From the NCBI RefSeq assembly GCF_009914755.1, contig NC_060947.1: a stretch of DNA of 64,000 nucleotides, one strand, 5' to 3'. This DNA comes from the human T2T-CHM13v2.0 reference genome, Homo sapiens. Each line of letters opens with the position of its first letter. Position 1 is the stretch's first letter. The position numbers and the translations under genes were made by a program. Below, one piece after another: positions 1 through 12,129 of the stretch. The notes below the pieces were generated by a model that searched no databases, was not told where the DNA came from, and was given only the letters and a program-made list of their open reading frames with translations.

Positions 1-799
1 AACAAAATGTATCCTTTGCTCCCATTCTTTCAATCAAAGCATGAAGCTTAAGCAGCAAATTCAAAGATTAGCTCAGACCCCAATTAGTCCCCCTTGAGGT
101 CCAGGATAAAATTCCTAATAAAATTGTAAATCTCTGCCCTGTTGTTTAGGGGACTTGGTATTGACAGTTCTTTCTTTCCTTTCACAATTAGTAACTGAGT
201 TTCAGATGAGATTTAAAAATAAAAATGAACAAGAAATGAGCTTGCCTCCCTGTGGCAGCATGCACTCTAGCTAATCTGCAAATGCTATAATTATGCAAGG
301 TGCTGATAGATTTGTCTCTGGGCTGGTGGTCAGGATCCAATTGAACTGCTGCAGTTGCTGCTTTATCATCACAAATGTTCTGCACTTCTTAGCAATTCTC
401 AGGCCTAAACATGATATTGGAATTTAAAGAGGCACCATAGCCTTATATCCCATTGAGATGTGCTGGGTTAAGTGCCAGTTCATCTCTTTCCATTCACAGG
501 TTTAGGGGGAAAAGGTGTATATGTGTGGGGTGTCCTACAGGGATCATGTTTCAACTGGCTGTTTGCCACAAAGCCATTCCCATTGGACTAGGAACCCTAG
601 TGTAATTATCGTAGAGTCAAAGAGGCTAAAACCACTGACTCAGTACTGAGCTCTTTACCTGTCTACTGCCTACAACTTATATCCTGTTTTCCTATTCATC
701 TTGCAAGTGGGGGCTTTTGGTCCCAAGGGGACACCAAATAAGACAATATAAGCTTCATTTAACTTCATATCTAAATTGGCCACATTTGTAACTGTCTTC

Positions 800-910
800 T
801 TTACCTTACAAGGTCATCATGAAGATAATATGAGCTAATGTATCTGAAAGCACTTTGAAACTTATGAACCACCTATAAATGTAAGATGCTTAAAATTATC
901 ATTAATATTA
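800..910 (+). mobile_element. MIR-family SINE, 3' part
   Basis: ccttacaaggtcatcatgaagataatatgagctaatgtatctgaaagcactttg resembles the MIR 3' tail. Confidence 0.6.
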
Positions 911-1261
911 GTGAATGTCACTTCAGCAATTGATATTTAACAATAATAAAATTAGGGTAAATACATCCATAGTCCATGGCGGAAGATAAGGGAAGGGGAA
1001 AACAATGACCCCAAACTCATCCTGCTGAAAGCAGAGCAAGATTGTCATTTCCATACATGAAATACATTCCTTACAATTGCTTCCCACCTATCGCATTCCA
1101 GTTAATTTATTTGGAAGAAGGAAATATTTTAAAATAAGATTGCCCAAGAATAGTTTCCAGCAAACTAAATGTCTATAATTTGGATGTGTAAGGTAAATTG
1201 ACAATAATTCTATAAAGAAATCAAAATGGGTTTTTTATTAATAAAATGAAAAATGGCTGGA

Positions 1262-1725
1262 TTTAATTTTATTTATGTTTTGAATACATAGCATATGGGG
1301 ATGGTTCAAAATATAAAGGCATATAGTGAAGATTAAATCTTCCTTCTGCCTGCCCATGACACCCTTTCCTTACCCACCACAGTTACTCAGCCATCCACTC
1401 CCTCTCTTCAGAGGACACCACTGTTACCAGTTGCACATGTATCCATCTAGAAATATTTCATACATATACAAACATTTATATATGCATATGTATGTTTTAT
1501 ACTCAAAATAGCATGCTGCGCATACTATTTGGGACCTTGTTTTTTTCATTAAACAGTATGTCTTGGAAATATTTTCATATCTAATCTACAGATTTACCTA
1601 ATTATTTTAAACAGCAGTATCATAATATGTCATTATATGAAATCACCACAATTGTAACAAGGCTCCTACTATTAGAAATTGAGGTTGTTTCCAATATTTT
1701 ACTATTACAAATAATAGCAAACTAC
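1262..1725 (-). mobile_element. Old L1 (L1ME-class) 3' fragment
   Basis: Antisense L1M motifs: ccactgttaccagtt, ttttttcattaaacagtatgtcttggaaat, ggttgtttccaatattttactattacaaataa. Confidence 0.65.
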
Positions 1726-2699
1726 AACAAAATTGAACATCTGATATAACTGGATTTTAAATTCAAACATATTCATTTTTTTTAAAGTAGATCCCTCATG
1801 TTTCCAATAATATTTAAAAATCAGATTATTAAGAGTAACTGTAGTATTTATGAAATGAAGACTAGACATTATATTAGTAGGTCTAAATTATGCCAAAGTC
1901 AATTAAAACAAAAATGTTGTTCAATTCCATAAGGACAATACATATTGTATGTCATCTTGAATGATGTGTTGGAAAAATGAAGGCAATTAATTCACTGAAA
2001 TTTTTCCACTTCAGGCAGCTCAGGTATTAGGAAGAGAAAGCTAATGTGCCATAAAGCTCTTTCCTAAGTATATTTCTGGTGCATTTGTTTATTATCAACA
2101 ACTATTTTGGGAATCTCTCCAAATTTGTATAGTTCCCTAACCTTACCTGTCCTGTAATCAACTTTTATTTCTCTCTTTCGCTTCTAAATATTCTTCAAAT
2201 AGTATGAGATCTTCTCTCATGTTGGCAGGGAATTCCTAAGCTAGTCAATTAATGGTGGCTTAATCATTATAGCACAATCCTATGCTATTCCTCCTGTGAA
2301 TTATAAAGAAGTATAAAACATTTCTTTTTAGTAGGTAAGAGTTCAGTTGGATACTTGAAGCAAGACATAAATACAGAATCAGTTAAAGGGAATTCAGGAT
2401 ATAAACAATAGTTTGATATAAGTAAGGGTTGTTTTATGACAACAATACACATGACATTATGTATCTGCATACTGAGTCCTCTCATTTCTTTCTTCCAGGT
2501 GCCTCTCAGATTTGTCCTCTCATTAAAAAAAAAAAAAAATTCCCCAAACTCCAACCTGGTGTGACTGCTCACCACCACCCATCCCCACACACTGCAGCAT
2601 TGTTTCCTCAACCTCTTAGTTTTTGTTCTTCTCTCAGCCCATTCCACATATCAAGCCAATCATCATTAGACATCACTTCCTTTGAGTCATTTTTTGTTT

Positions 2700-3300
2700 C
2701 AAGATCTACAATGACACTCCAGCCTAGAACATCATGTCCAAATTCCTCTGCCTGTTACTCAGAGTCCTCCAGAATTCAGCCCCATCCAATCTATCTAGTT
2801 TCATTTTTAATTCATGGTGCTCACAAAACCCCTTCTCATCAGGCTCATTTTCCTCAAAGCATATTATGCTTGTGAAGTTCTACTTTTGTGCCTTGGTTTA
2901 TGTTGTTAATCTTTCCTGATAATCTTTTGAAAATCTTTTTGAGAATCTTCTGAGAATCTTTTCTTCTTTACTCTCTGCCTTTCCAAATCTTCTCCACTCT
3001 CTGCCTTTCCAAATTTTCTCCATCCCTTAAGTTTCGTATGGAGATCCATTCTCTTCATAAAACTTTCCCCAAACCTTCCAGCGAATATTAACCTCTCCTT
3101 TCTCCATTTCTTTACCACCTATATATAGCCTTATAGCTCAAATGCTACATTCTATGTTCCATTCTCTATTATGGTGTGCTAGTCCTGTGTTCATAGTCCT
3201 GTGTTATAAATTGAGGGCAAAGATAAAGACTTTACTTTCTTTCCCTTTAGTAGCTAGCACAAGACTTGGAGTACAAAAGATGCTTAATTGGTATTTTTGA
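2700..3300 (+). mobile_element. Degraded L2 3' region
   Basis: ttgagggcaaaga...agctagcacaagacttggagtacaaaagatgcttaa resembles the L2 terminus. Confidence 0.5.
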
Positions 3301-3728
3301 TCAATTATCCCAATGAAGATATCATTGCTTTATTATATTGTTTTGGAGGTTGCAGTGGAGAGTGGGGGATAATTCAGAGGTTTAGAAGATTCATGTCACT
3401 AAAAATGTCCGTTAGGGTAATATTTCATTGAGAATACCACTACAAAGCATATATGAGGATTTACTATTTCTCAATTATACTTTTAAAATATATATTTCTT
3501 TATACTTACAAATTTATAAAAACCACCCAAAATAGTCCATTTGTTTCATCTTGTTGGAAAATGTAGTTGTCAAAATGGCCTATTTACAGTGAATCAATGG
3601 TGCTCTAAATGTGCTGGGAAATGGATATTGTATGGATAGAGTAACAACCCAAGTAGGAAGTAGGAACACTGTCTAATAAATGTTTACACACCATCAAGTC
3701 TACAAACATTAAATATCATACATGATAG

Positions 3729-3791
3729 AATCTTTCTCATCCTGTAATTTATCTCAATTTTTCCATTACTTTCTTTCATTTTCTCTTCTAG
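3729..3791 (+). promoter_or_regulatory. 3' splice site region: ~60-nt AG-free pyrimidine-rich zone ending in TAG
   Basis: tctttctcatcctgtaatttatctcaatttttccattactttctttcattttctcttctag, no AG before the acceptor. Confidence 0.85.
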
Positions 3792-3866
3792 CTTTACTCA
3801 CAGACAAGCCTCCCAAGCCATTGTTCCCCATGGAGAATCAGCCAAGTGTTATAGATGTCCAGCTGG
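3792..3866 (+). CDS. IL1RAPL2: Internal coding exon (75 nt, phase 1/1) of interleukin-1 receptor accessory protein-like 2; Ig2-Ig3 junction, probably exon 6
   Basis: Long polypyrimidine tract and TAG acceptor (3789-3791); consensus GTAAGT donor (3867-3872). Frame reads (g)CT TTA CTC ACA GAC AAG CCT CCC AAG CCA TTG TTC CCC ATG GAG AAT CAG CCA AGT GTT ATA GAT GTC CAG CTG G = ALLTDKPPKPLFPMENQPSVIDVQLG, matching recalled IL1RAPL2 sequence. Confidence 0.93.
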
Positions 3867-4780
3867 GTAAGTCCCCTCCTTGGAATAACACTTCCTAAAC
3901 TTGCCCTCTGTTAACAGATGGGGAAAATTGCATGAACCAGGAAAGGTTTATTGCCACTGTTATTACATGCAAATCAATTTGTGTTCTGCTCATTTATAAC
4001 CCTGGAGTTCAGTGCGATAGCAGTTTAAGGAAATGAGTTTGTATTGCATCAAAAAATGGTAATACTAATTAGTTACACTGGGTATTAAGTGTGCTGTATG
4101 ACAGAGCTTTTTAATTCTGTGATTGATAGATTCATGAGTGTCTTGCATTGGTGATTGGTACAGAAAACTTTTCATACATGTCAGCCAAAATTTTTATTTG
4201 GACAGCATTAACTCCTGGAGACCAAGCACTTCTTAAAATAAAATACAGGCCTTCGGTTTCGCCTTTAAAATGATTTGATAATATTATTTTCAATATCACA
4301 ATCCAGGGTCATTTAAAACTTGTTTTTAGGTTGGGATCCTGAATATTTATGAATCATATGATGTTGGGAAAAGTGGCAAGTTGACTTATGAGTGCTATTG
4401 TCTTTTTACACACTCAAATAAGAACACAAGGTGTTACACCTCTTTTTAGAGCTCCTACTGCTAATCCTTGTAATTTTAAGTACTGTAAGCTAAAAACTCA
4501 GAGGCCTGCTAGGATCTCTTTCAAATTGTGGCCTTTAATTTAAATCATGCCCTTTAACATTTGCGAGATTTCATCTGTCTTGGATTTCATTCTAGTATTC
4601 TAAATTTCTTCAATTCTAAATAGAAGAACCACAAGAGAACTGAGTAAATATGCTTGAAATGTATTGGGCTTACACTGAATATATGATTTGTTGATATTTG
4701 TGACCATTGTGGTCTATATCCATTATACAGCCAGGGAAGACAAATTGATCCCAATTTTCACTCATTTAGAAAGGTTTTTC

Positions 4781-5668
4781 TTTTTGTTTAATTTTTAATT
4801 ATTGTGGGTACCTAGTAGGTGTGTATATTTATAGAGTACATGAAATATTTTGATACAGGTATACAATGTACAATAATCACATCAGGGTAAATGGGGTGTC
4901 CATCACCTGAAACATTTATTCTTTCTTTGTGTTACAAGCAGTCCGGTTATAATATTTTAGTTATTTTAAGATGTACAATAAATTACTGTTGACTGTAGTC
5001 ACCCTGTTGTGCTATTAAATACTAGATCTTACTGATTCTAACTATATTTGCATGCCCATTAACCATTCCTACTTCCACCACACCCAAAACCCTTCCTAGC
5101 CTCTGGTAGCTATCATTCTACTCTCTATCTCCATGAGTTCAATTGTTTTAATTTTTTAGTTCCCCAAAATAAGTGAGAACGTGTGAAATTCGTCTTTCTG
5201 TGCATGGTTCATTTCACTTAATGTAATGGCCTCCAGTTTCATCCATGTTGTTGCAAATCACTGGACCTCGTTCTTTTTTATGACTGAATAGTATTCCATT
5301 GTGTATATGTACCACATTTTCTTTATCCATCTGTCTGTTGATGGACACTTAGGTTGCTTCCAAATCTTGGCTATTGTGAATAGTGCTGTAATAAACATGG
5401 GAGTACAGATATCTTTTTGATATAATGATTTCCTTTCTTTTGGGTATATGCCTAGCTGTGGGATTGCTGGATCATATGGTAGCTCTATTTTTAGTTTACT
5501 GAGGAACCTCCAAACCATTCTCCACAGTGGTTGTACTAATTTACATTCCCACTAACAGTGGACATTTGGGTTCCCTTTGCTCCATATCCTCTCCAGCATT
5601 TGTTATTGCCTCTCTTTTGGATGAAAGCCATTTTAACTAGGGTGAGATGATACCTCCTTGTAGTTTTT
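4781..5668 (-). mobile_element. 5'-truncated L1MA (L1MA3-like): ORF2 C-terminus plus 3' UTR
   Basis: ORF 5258..5518 encodes L1 ORF2p C-terminal residues (ELPYDPAIP...CTPMFITALFTIAKIWKQPKCPS); L1MA-type 3' UTR. Confidence 0.9.
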
Positions 5669-6195
5669 GGAAGTTTTGACTCAACTTTTGATCTTTATAA
5701 TTCAGTTGGGATTGTTGAAAGCTTATTTATATCTTGAAAATAAGAGACAGAAAATTATATTCCTAATGTTCACTTTTCCAAAATGAAATATAGCAAATAG
5801 TAGTTTTTAAATAAGCCTAGCAATGTGAGTACCAAAGTTAAGCATTTTAAACAAAACAAAAAGAAATTAATAAACATGTTATCAAGAGTGGACTGTGCAA
5901 ATGGTAAATATTTGGAAATAATGAAGTATTAGACTGTGGCTCTTCTTATGTCCCCTATATTGTTTTGCAGTCATTATATTTTGTTAGAGCCAAATCTAGA
6001 TATGCTGATACCCTTACTGACTGTATGATACATTTTACTTACATTTCTCTACCTTGAACTGGGATAAAAATATTCCAAGGGAACTTTGTGGTTCCAGGGG
6101 TTACATGGAGCCATATGACGGTCTCGTATCATTAGTTTACATGGAAATTCAAGTGGATAAATTGATTTCATTTGGTATGAAAACAATTTATCCAC

Positions 6196-6214
6196 ATATA
6201 TATCTATATATCTA

Positions 6215-6249
<35 letters not shown>

Positions 6250-6250
6250 A
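6196..6250 (+). repeat. (TATC)n/(TA)n microsatellite
   Basis: Directly visible. Confidence 0.9.
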
Positions 6251-6290
6251 TGTAGAAAGCAACATTTGCATGATAAAATGTACATGATAA

Positions 6291-6793
<503 letters not shown>

Positions 6794-7576
6794 TCAGGAC
6801 ATCTACAAGATGTGCACTTTGTATAAACCTGTATTCTAACATAGATATATATGCCAAAATACCCTACCAAGTACTACCATCCTATAAGATTACTAAAATA
6901 ATTTACTTCCAATTTACATTAGATGTAAGGCTGAACTTTTCGGGTTTTAGTTTGTAACACAATTGGAAACAACTTTATTGACAGAAAGATGGAGACCTGC
7001 TTATTTTTCATCCCAGAAAGGCTGTTACTCTGAGATGTTAAACAACCATATAATTCAGAGAAAGAAAAGCAAAATCAGTCAAACCAGATCTTTGGTGTTT
7101 CAAGGAGCACATGACTGATTAATTTTAAGTGATTTTAACTCTTTCACGGATTTATTTAGTACCATTTATTCACAATTGGAAATCCTTTTGTAAGTTGCTC
7201 TCATACCTCAATAGTCAGATGACATTATGAGCACTATAAATGTCAAAGAGCTCCTCCGTGTGAGTGGGAGTTCTGCAGTCAGAATCATGAGGCATTAGAA
7301 AACACCATGTGTAAAAAAGAGATAGAGAAAGATAACTGGGACTACTGGATATCTCTGTCTATGTCTGGAAAACTTGAAGAATTCAGTAAGGTAATGAAAA
7401 CTGGAAATTGTTTTCCTTCAGTTTCTGAAGTTTATCAAACACATTCAATTCTGGACATCCTCAAGCTAGAACTAAAATTAGAGCTGCCAAGAAATACGAA
7501 AATCCAATCCATATGGCTAAACACATTATCAACTTTGGGTTTCCCAAATCACATTACTTAAAATTTTAGACAACAT

Positions 7577-8074
7577 CATGGTAGATTAAAGGTGGCCATA
7601 GATTTTTGGCTACTCCTAATATCTAAACTTGATTTTTCATTCTTCTCCCGTTGAATCTGGGTTGGCCGTCGGGACACACTTGACCAATAGGGTGTGGCAA
7701 AAGTGATGTTCTGAAATTTTAGAGGCTGAATCAAAAGAAACTTGCAACTTCTGTCCCAGTGTTTTGGTCCACTCTGAAACCACCATGCTGTTTGAAGTTT
7801 AAGCCACATAGAGAGGCACTAGAGGATGAGACACAATATGGTGGGAGAGAGAGGTCAACTAGCACCAAGACACCAATATAAGTGAAGAAGATATCTTGGA
7901 AGTGGATCCTCCAGCCCTAGCTTCCCTGGCTTATGCCATGTAGATCACAGACAAACCACTGAGCTGAACTCTTCTCAAATTTATGACCCCAAAATTCATG
8001 AGCAAAGTAAAGTGATTGTCATTTGCCATTAAGTTAGGGGTAGTTTGTTAAGTAATTAGTAGATAACCTGAACA
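7577..8074 (+). mobile_element. MaLR solo LTR (MLT1G/H-like)
   Basis: Starts ..ggtagattaaaggtggcc, ends gtagataacctgaaca; 5-bp TSD aacat (7572-7576, 8075-8079). Confidence 0.8.
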
Positions 8075-9127
8075 AACATTAATCAGTTTATCTAGAGCAT
8101 TATTAATTTTATTTTTCCCATGGACAAGAATTTCATGCAGCAATTTTATGCAAAATGAGACACGTTTTAGGAAATACTTGAGTATCAGCTTCAAGGTAGT
8201 TTTAGGAAACATGGTCTGGAATAAGTGTTTATGTGTTCATTTGAGGGTTACACTCTGTTCTCAGTTCTGAATATTTCTAAAAGGAATTCATTAAATGAAA
8301 AATTTCAGTAGAAATAAATACTTTTCATGCATGGAGTTGGCATCAGTACAGATATTTTGTTATGTCTCTAGAGAAAAATAAACATCTTGACTTTTTCCTA
8401 TAGTGGAAGCCATTAGTCATCTGCAAAGTTCTAGAAATTTAGATACGTTTTTGCTGATTTAGTGATGACAGTTTGGTTGTTGCTAAATTGTGTTCACATT
8501 GTAATACTGAAAGAAGATGAATCTTTACCAAATAACCATATATTTTGAGATGATAAACACATTCTTAACAAAATAATCTGAAAACTATTGCTCTCACAAA
8601 ACAAGTCTATGCAACTAACGTTCCCTGTGGTAATGTATGATATATAAAAGATAAAACAATGTACAACACGTACGTGCAAAATTCCAATTTGGTCCTGTTA
8701 TCCTTTATTTTTTCTCTCTCTGAAGGTAAATTTAGCTTTAAATTCGAGAAATAAACCTTGACTATACCAGGGCCAATTCTTTTCTCAGCAGTTGAAAAAA
8801 AAATATTTTCAATAATTTTTTCTAAGTAAAACAACACTGTATTACAATATATAAACTTATTTTACACCTTTAATACAAATTTATTAAAATATTGTAAGGA
8901 CATGTGCCCCATTTGAAATATATTCATGCTAGATAGACCCTTTTTCATAAACTACTTCTTTTCATGAGACCCAAATGCATGCTTTACAAACTGTAACACA
9001 CTCCTGGAAGCTTTGAAAAAGTCATGAACAAATTTGCATGAAAGATTTGAGATCTGCTATCTAATTTTAATTAAAGGTGAGTTTCAAAATGTGCTCTGTT
9101 CTTCTGACTGATGATGATAATTTTCTT

Positions 9128-9258
9128 TTCCTTCCTTCCTTTCTTTCTTTCTTTCTCTTTCTTTTTCTTTCTTTCTTTCTTTTTCTTTCCTTCCTTCCTT
9201 CCTTCTTTCTTTCTCTCTCTCTCTCTCTTTCTTTCTTTCTCTTTCTTTCTTTCTTTTC

Positions 9259-9315
<57 letters not shown>

Positions 9316-9330
9316 TTCTTTCTTTTTTTC
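9128..9330 (+). repeat. Compound (TTTC)n/(TTCC)n/(TC)n polypyrimidine tract derived from an Alu tail
   Basis: Lies between the Alu body and its TSD. Confidence 0.9.
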
Positions 9331-9639
<309 letters not shown>

Positions 9640-10194
9640 TAAAACTTGAAATAAGCTAGACAGCATTATGCAGAAAATACATATAAACATTTACTTTCTC
9701 TTTCTGTGTGAATCAAAAAGGAGGCCTGGGGGGCCTAAGGTAGATCAGAAAAACCCAGACAAGTAGAACATCCAAGCTAATTGGGTTACTTTTGATGTTT
9801 CAAAAAGCCAATAGTTCATTTCTAGACAAATCTGATCCAGTATAAAAGATTCTTTTTCTTTTCTATTCTCATTCAGAATTTATTTTATTTTTACAGGCTA
9901 TTCAAATTCATATTTCATGAGTGTGTTATATGCTATTGGCTCAAACTGTCTCTATATATGTAAGAAGTGTTAATCTTCATCAGAAATCGATTTCCCTAGC
10001 ATATCAGTTTCTACTGAAAATTATATCAGATCCCTTAAGAGACCAGTGTAAAAGACTCTACAAGAGAATATATCAAAATATAACATTTAATTCAATACTC
10101 AGGACTAGAAGGCAAACAAATACCCAGTTTAATCCCAAATTAGGAAATAAGCTATTCAACTAAATTTATGTTTTTTATAAAACATTATTTACCT

Positions 10195-10340
10195 AAAAAC
10201 ATTTATTGAGTTCTTACTGGATGCCAGCATATTAGCTCCTGAAAATACAGAGGTGAATTAAATGAATTTCTTGGCCTTAAGGAGTTCTCAATCTAGTGGG
10301 GAAACAGATGTGCATAAGTAGAATTGCATCGCAATATGAG
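10195..10340 (-). mobile_element. L2 3' end fragment
   Basis: atttattgagttcttactggatgccagc...aggagttctcaatctagtgggg. Confidence 0.6.
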
Positions 10341-10680
10341 AACTGCCAAAAGAGGGAAAAAGGAAAATGATTTTTCTTGTGGCAGGACCTCATGTTCTAT
10401 ATGCTTAGGCTTTCACTAAAAACAATGACAAAACTCTGTAGCTTCAACCCAATTACTAGATTTATCTGAAAATAATTAAGAATTACCAAGAATAGAACCT
10501 TTTGAAATCATAAATTGTCCACCATTTGCTTTAATGTGGCAAATACTAAAAATGGAAATTTATGATACCCTTGAATCAATTAAGTTTAACAAAATTAATC
10601 AACTCCTTCTAAAGTTGAAATAAAATGAACAATCCAAAGCAAGTCAACAACTGAGCTAAATGTCAAACTAGAATTATTGT

Positions 10681-10808
10681 ATTTTTTATTTTTTTATTTT
10701 TATTTTTTTTTATACTTTAAGAAGAAAATGTGGCACATATACACCATGGAATACTATGCAGCCATAAAAAAGGATGAGTTCATGTCCTTTGTAGGGACAT
10801 GGATGAAG
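10681..10808 (-). mobile_element. Tiny 5'-inverted (twin-primed) L1PA insertion
   Basis: T-tail plus tatactttaag (antisense L1 terminus) joined to sense ORF2-end aagaaaatgtggcacatatacaccatgg...ggatgaag; TSD tagaattattgt at 10669-10680 and 10809-10820. Confidence 0.88.
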
Positions 10809-11584
10809 TAGAATTATTGTTAATGCAAATAGTAATACATGGTTATTTCATTAGCTGGAGTCATAACTTGGTATATGCATTGTGTGTATAATGGTGGAAG
10901 CAAGGGATTTTTTAAATTTTTTATATCATATTCTTACCCTCTTAGTTTCAAATAACTCCTTAAAAACTTTTATGTAATCTTGAATAACTGAACACTATGG
11001 AGACTTTGGAGAGTAAGAAGGAGGGTATTATGAACTAACTCAGTTTTCTTGGCACACGTAATGGGAGCTAGTTCATGGCAGAATTTCCTCACCCTTGTAG
11101 ACATTCTAGGGTTAGTGAGTTGTTTCCAAAAGACCTATTTATTCAGGATAACACGCACAAGCTTAGCGTGAGCTACCCCAAACTGAAAACCATTCTATTG
11201 CCCAGATCATATACCATGTGCATTATTTACAGCTTTGGAAAATCTGGACCAAGCCTTTTCCTTAAGAGTTGGCTGCAGTATTGAGTGAGACTGAAACTGG
11301 TTCCCTTACTTTGTCTAAGTTTCTATAACAGCTGTGCTTGTTTTGAGATTTTTAAGAATGAAATGGGAAAAAAGTTAACAGTTTACTAAATAGTGTCTGT
11401 TATAATCTAACAATGTGATTACGAACATCTCTTAAATAGCATGATTGTTAACCAGTCCTCTATGCATACATTGGTGTTTGGGGGCATTGCTTAGGCTTAT
11501 GTCTTATTGAGATACTGATACAAGTTTGATGGTGTTTCATCATATTTTTAAAAAGCCAAAACCATTATTTCATATATTTGAAAC

Positions 11585-11830
11585 CAAAATTATTTGAGAA
11601 TTTACTAGGTACTAGGCACTAAAATGGGTATTTGCACATACAGTGTCTTATTACTCATAAGAGCTCAAAGTAGTAGTAGATATTGTTGAATTATTTTGCA
11701 GATGAGGAAACGTAACCACAGACAGGTGAAATAGCTTACATGATGTTACATAATTAGTAAGTGACAAAGATGGGATTTCAACAAGATCTGTTTCACTCCG
11801 AAGTTTTTTCTTTTTATTATAGCACACTGG
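11585..11830 (-). mobile_element. MIR
   Basis: Core attttgcagatgaggaaac...gtgaaatagctt...agtaagtgacaaagatgggatttcaac. Confidence 0.75.
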
Positions 11831-11889
11831 GTATGGTAACATTATCTAGACCCCAAACTCTATCCTAGGAAAAAACTATCATTCTAATA

Positions 11890-12125
11890 AGGACAGCTAA
11901 ATAATATTAACAACTATAGTAATTATTATTTAATAACAGCTCTACTATTACAAATAATAATGTTATTACTCTACTTAGTATAATTTAATAACATTTCTAG
12001 TACTGCTAAGAATAGCAATTATTATTATAATCTTATTTAATAATAATTCTACTACTAATAATAATTATTATTATTTGTAGTGATAATATCAGTAGTAGTA
12101 GTAGTGGCAGTGGTGGTGGTGGTGG
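11890..12125. repeat. Low-complexity (TAA/TAT/TAG/GTG)n tract
   Basis: Visible triplet-rich AT tract grading into (gta)n(gtg)n. Confidence 0.75.
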
Positions 12126-12129
12126 AGCT

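Noticed and set aside
2285-3118. Overlapping 120-148 aa ORFs upstream of the exon, and a strong-looking acceptor at ~2498
   Set aside because: No recognisable protein, largely non-ATG starts, overlap decayed L2 and an A-run; no convincing exon
2925-3205. Short tandem duplications (26-bp at 2970-3021, 14-bp near 3180; similar ones near 27170, 39480, 61196-61280, 62045, 62142)
   Set aside because: Ordinary slippage duplications, mostly inside decayed repeats
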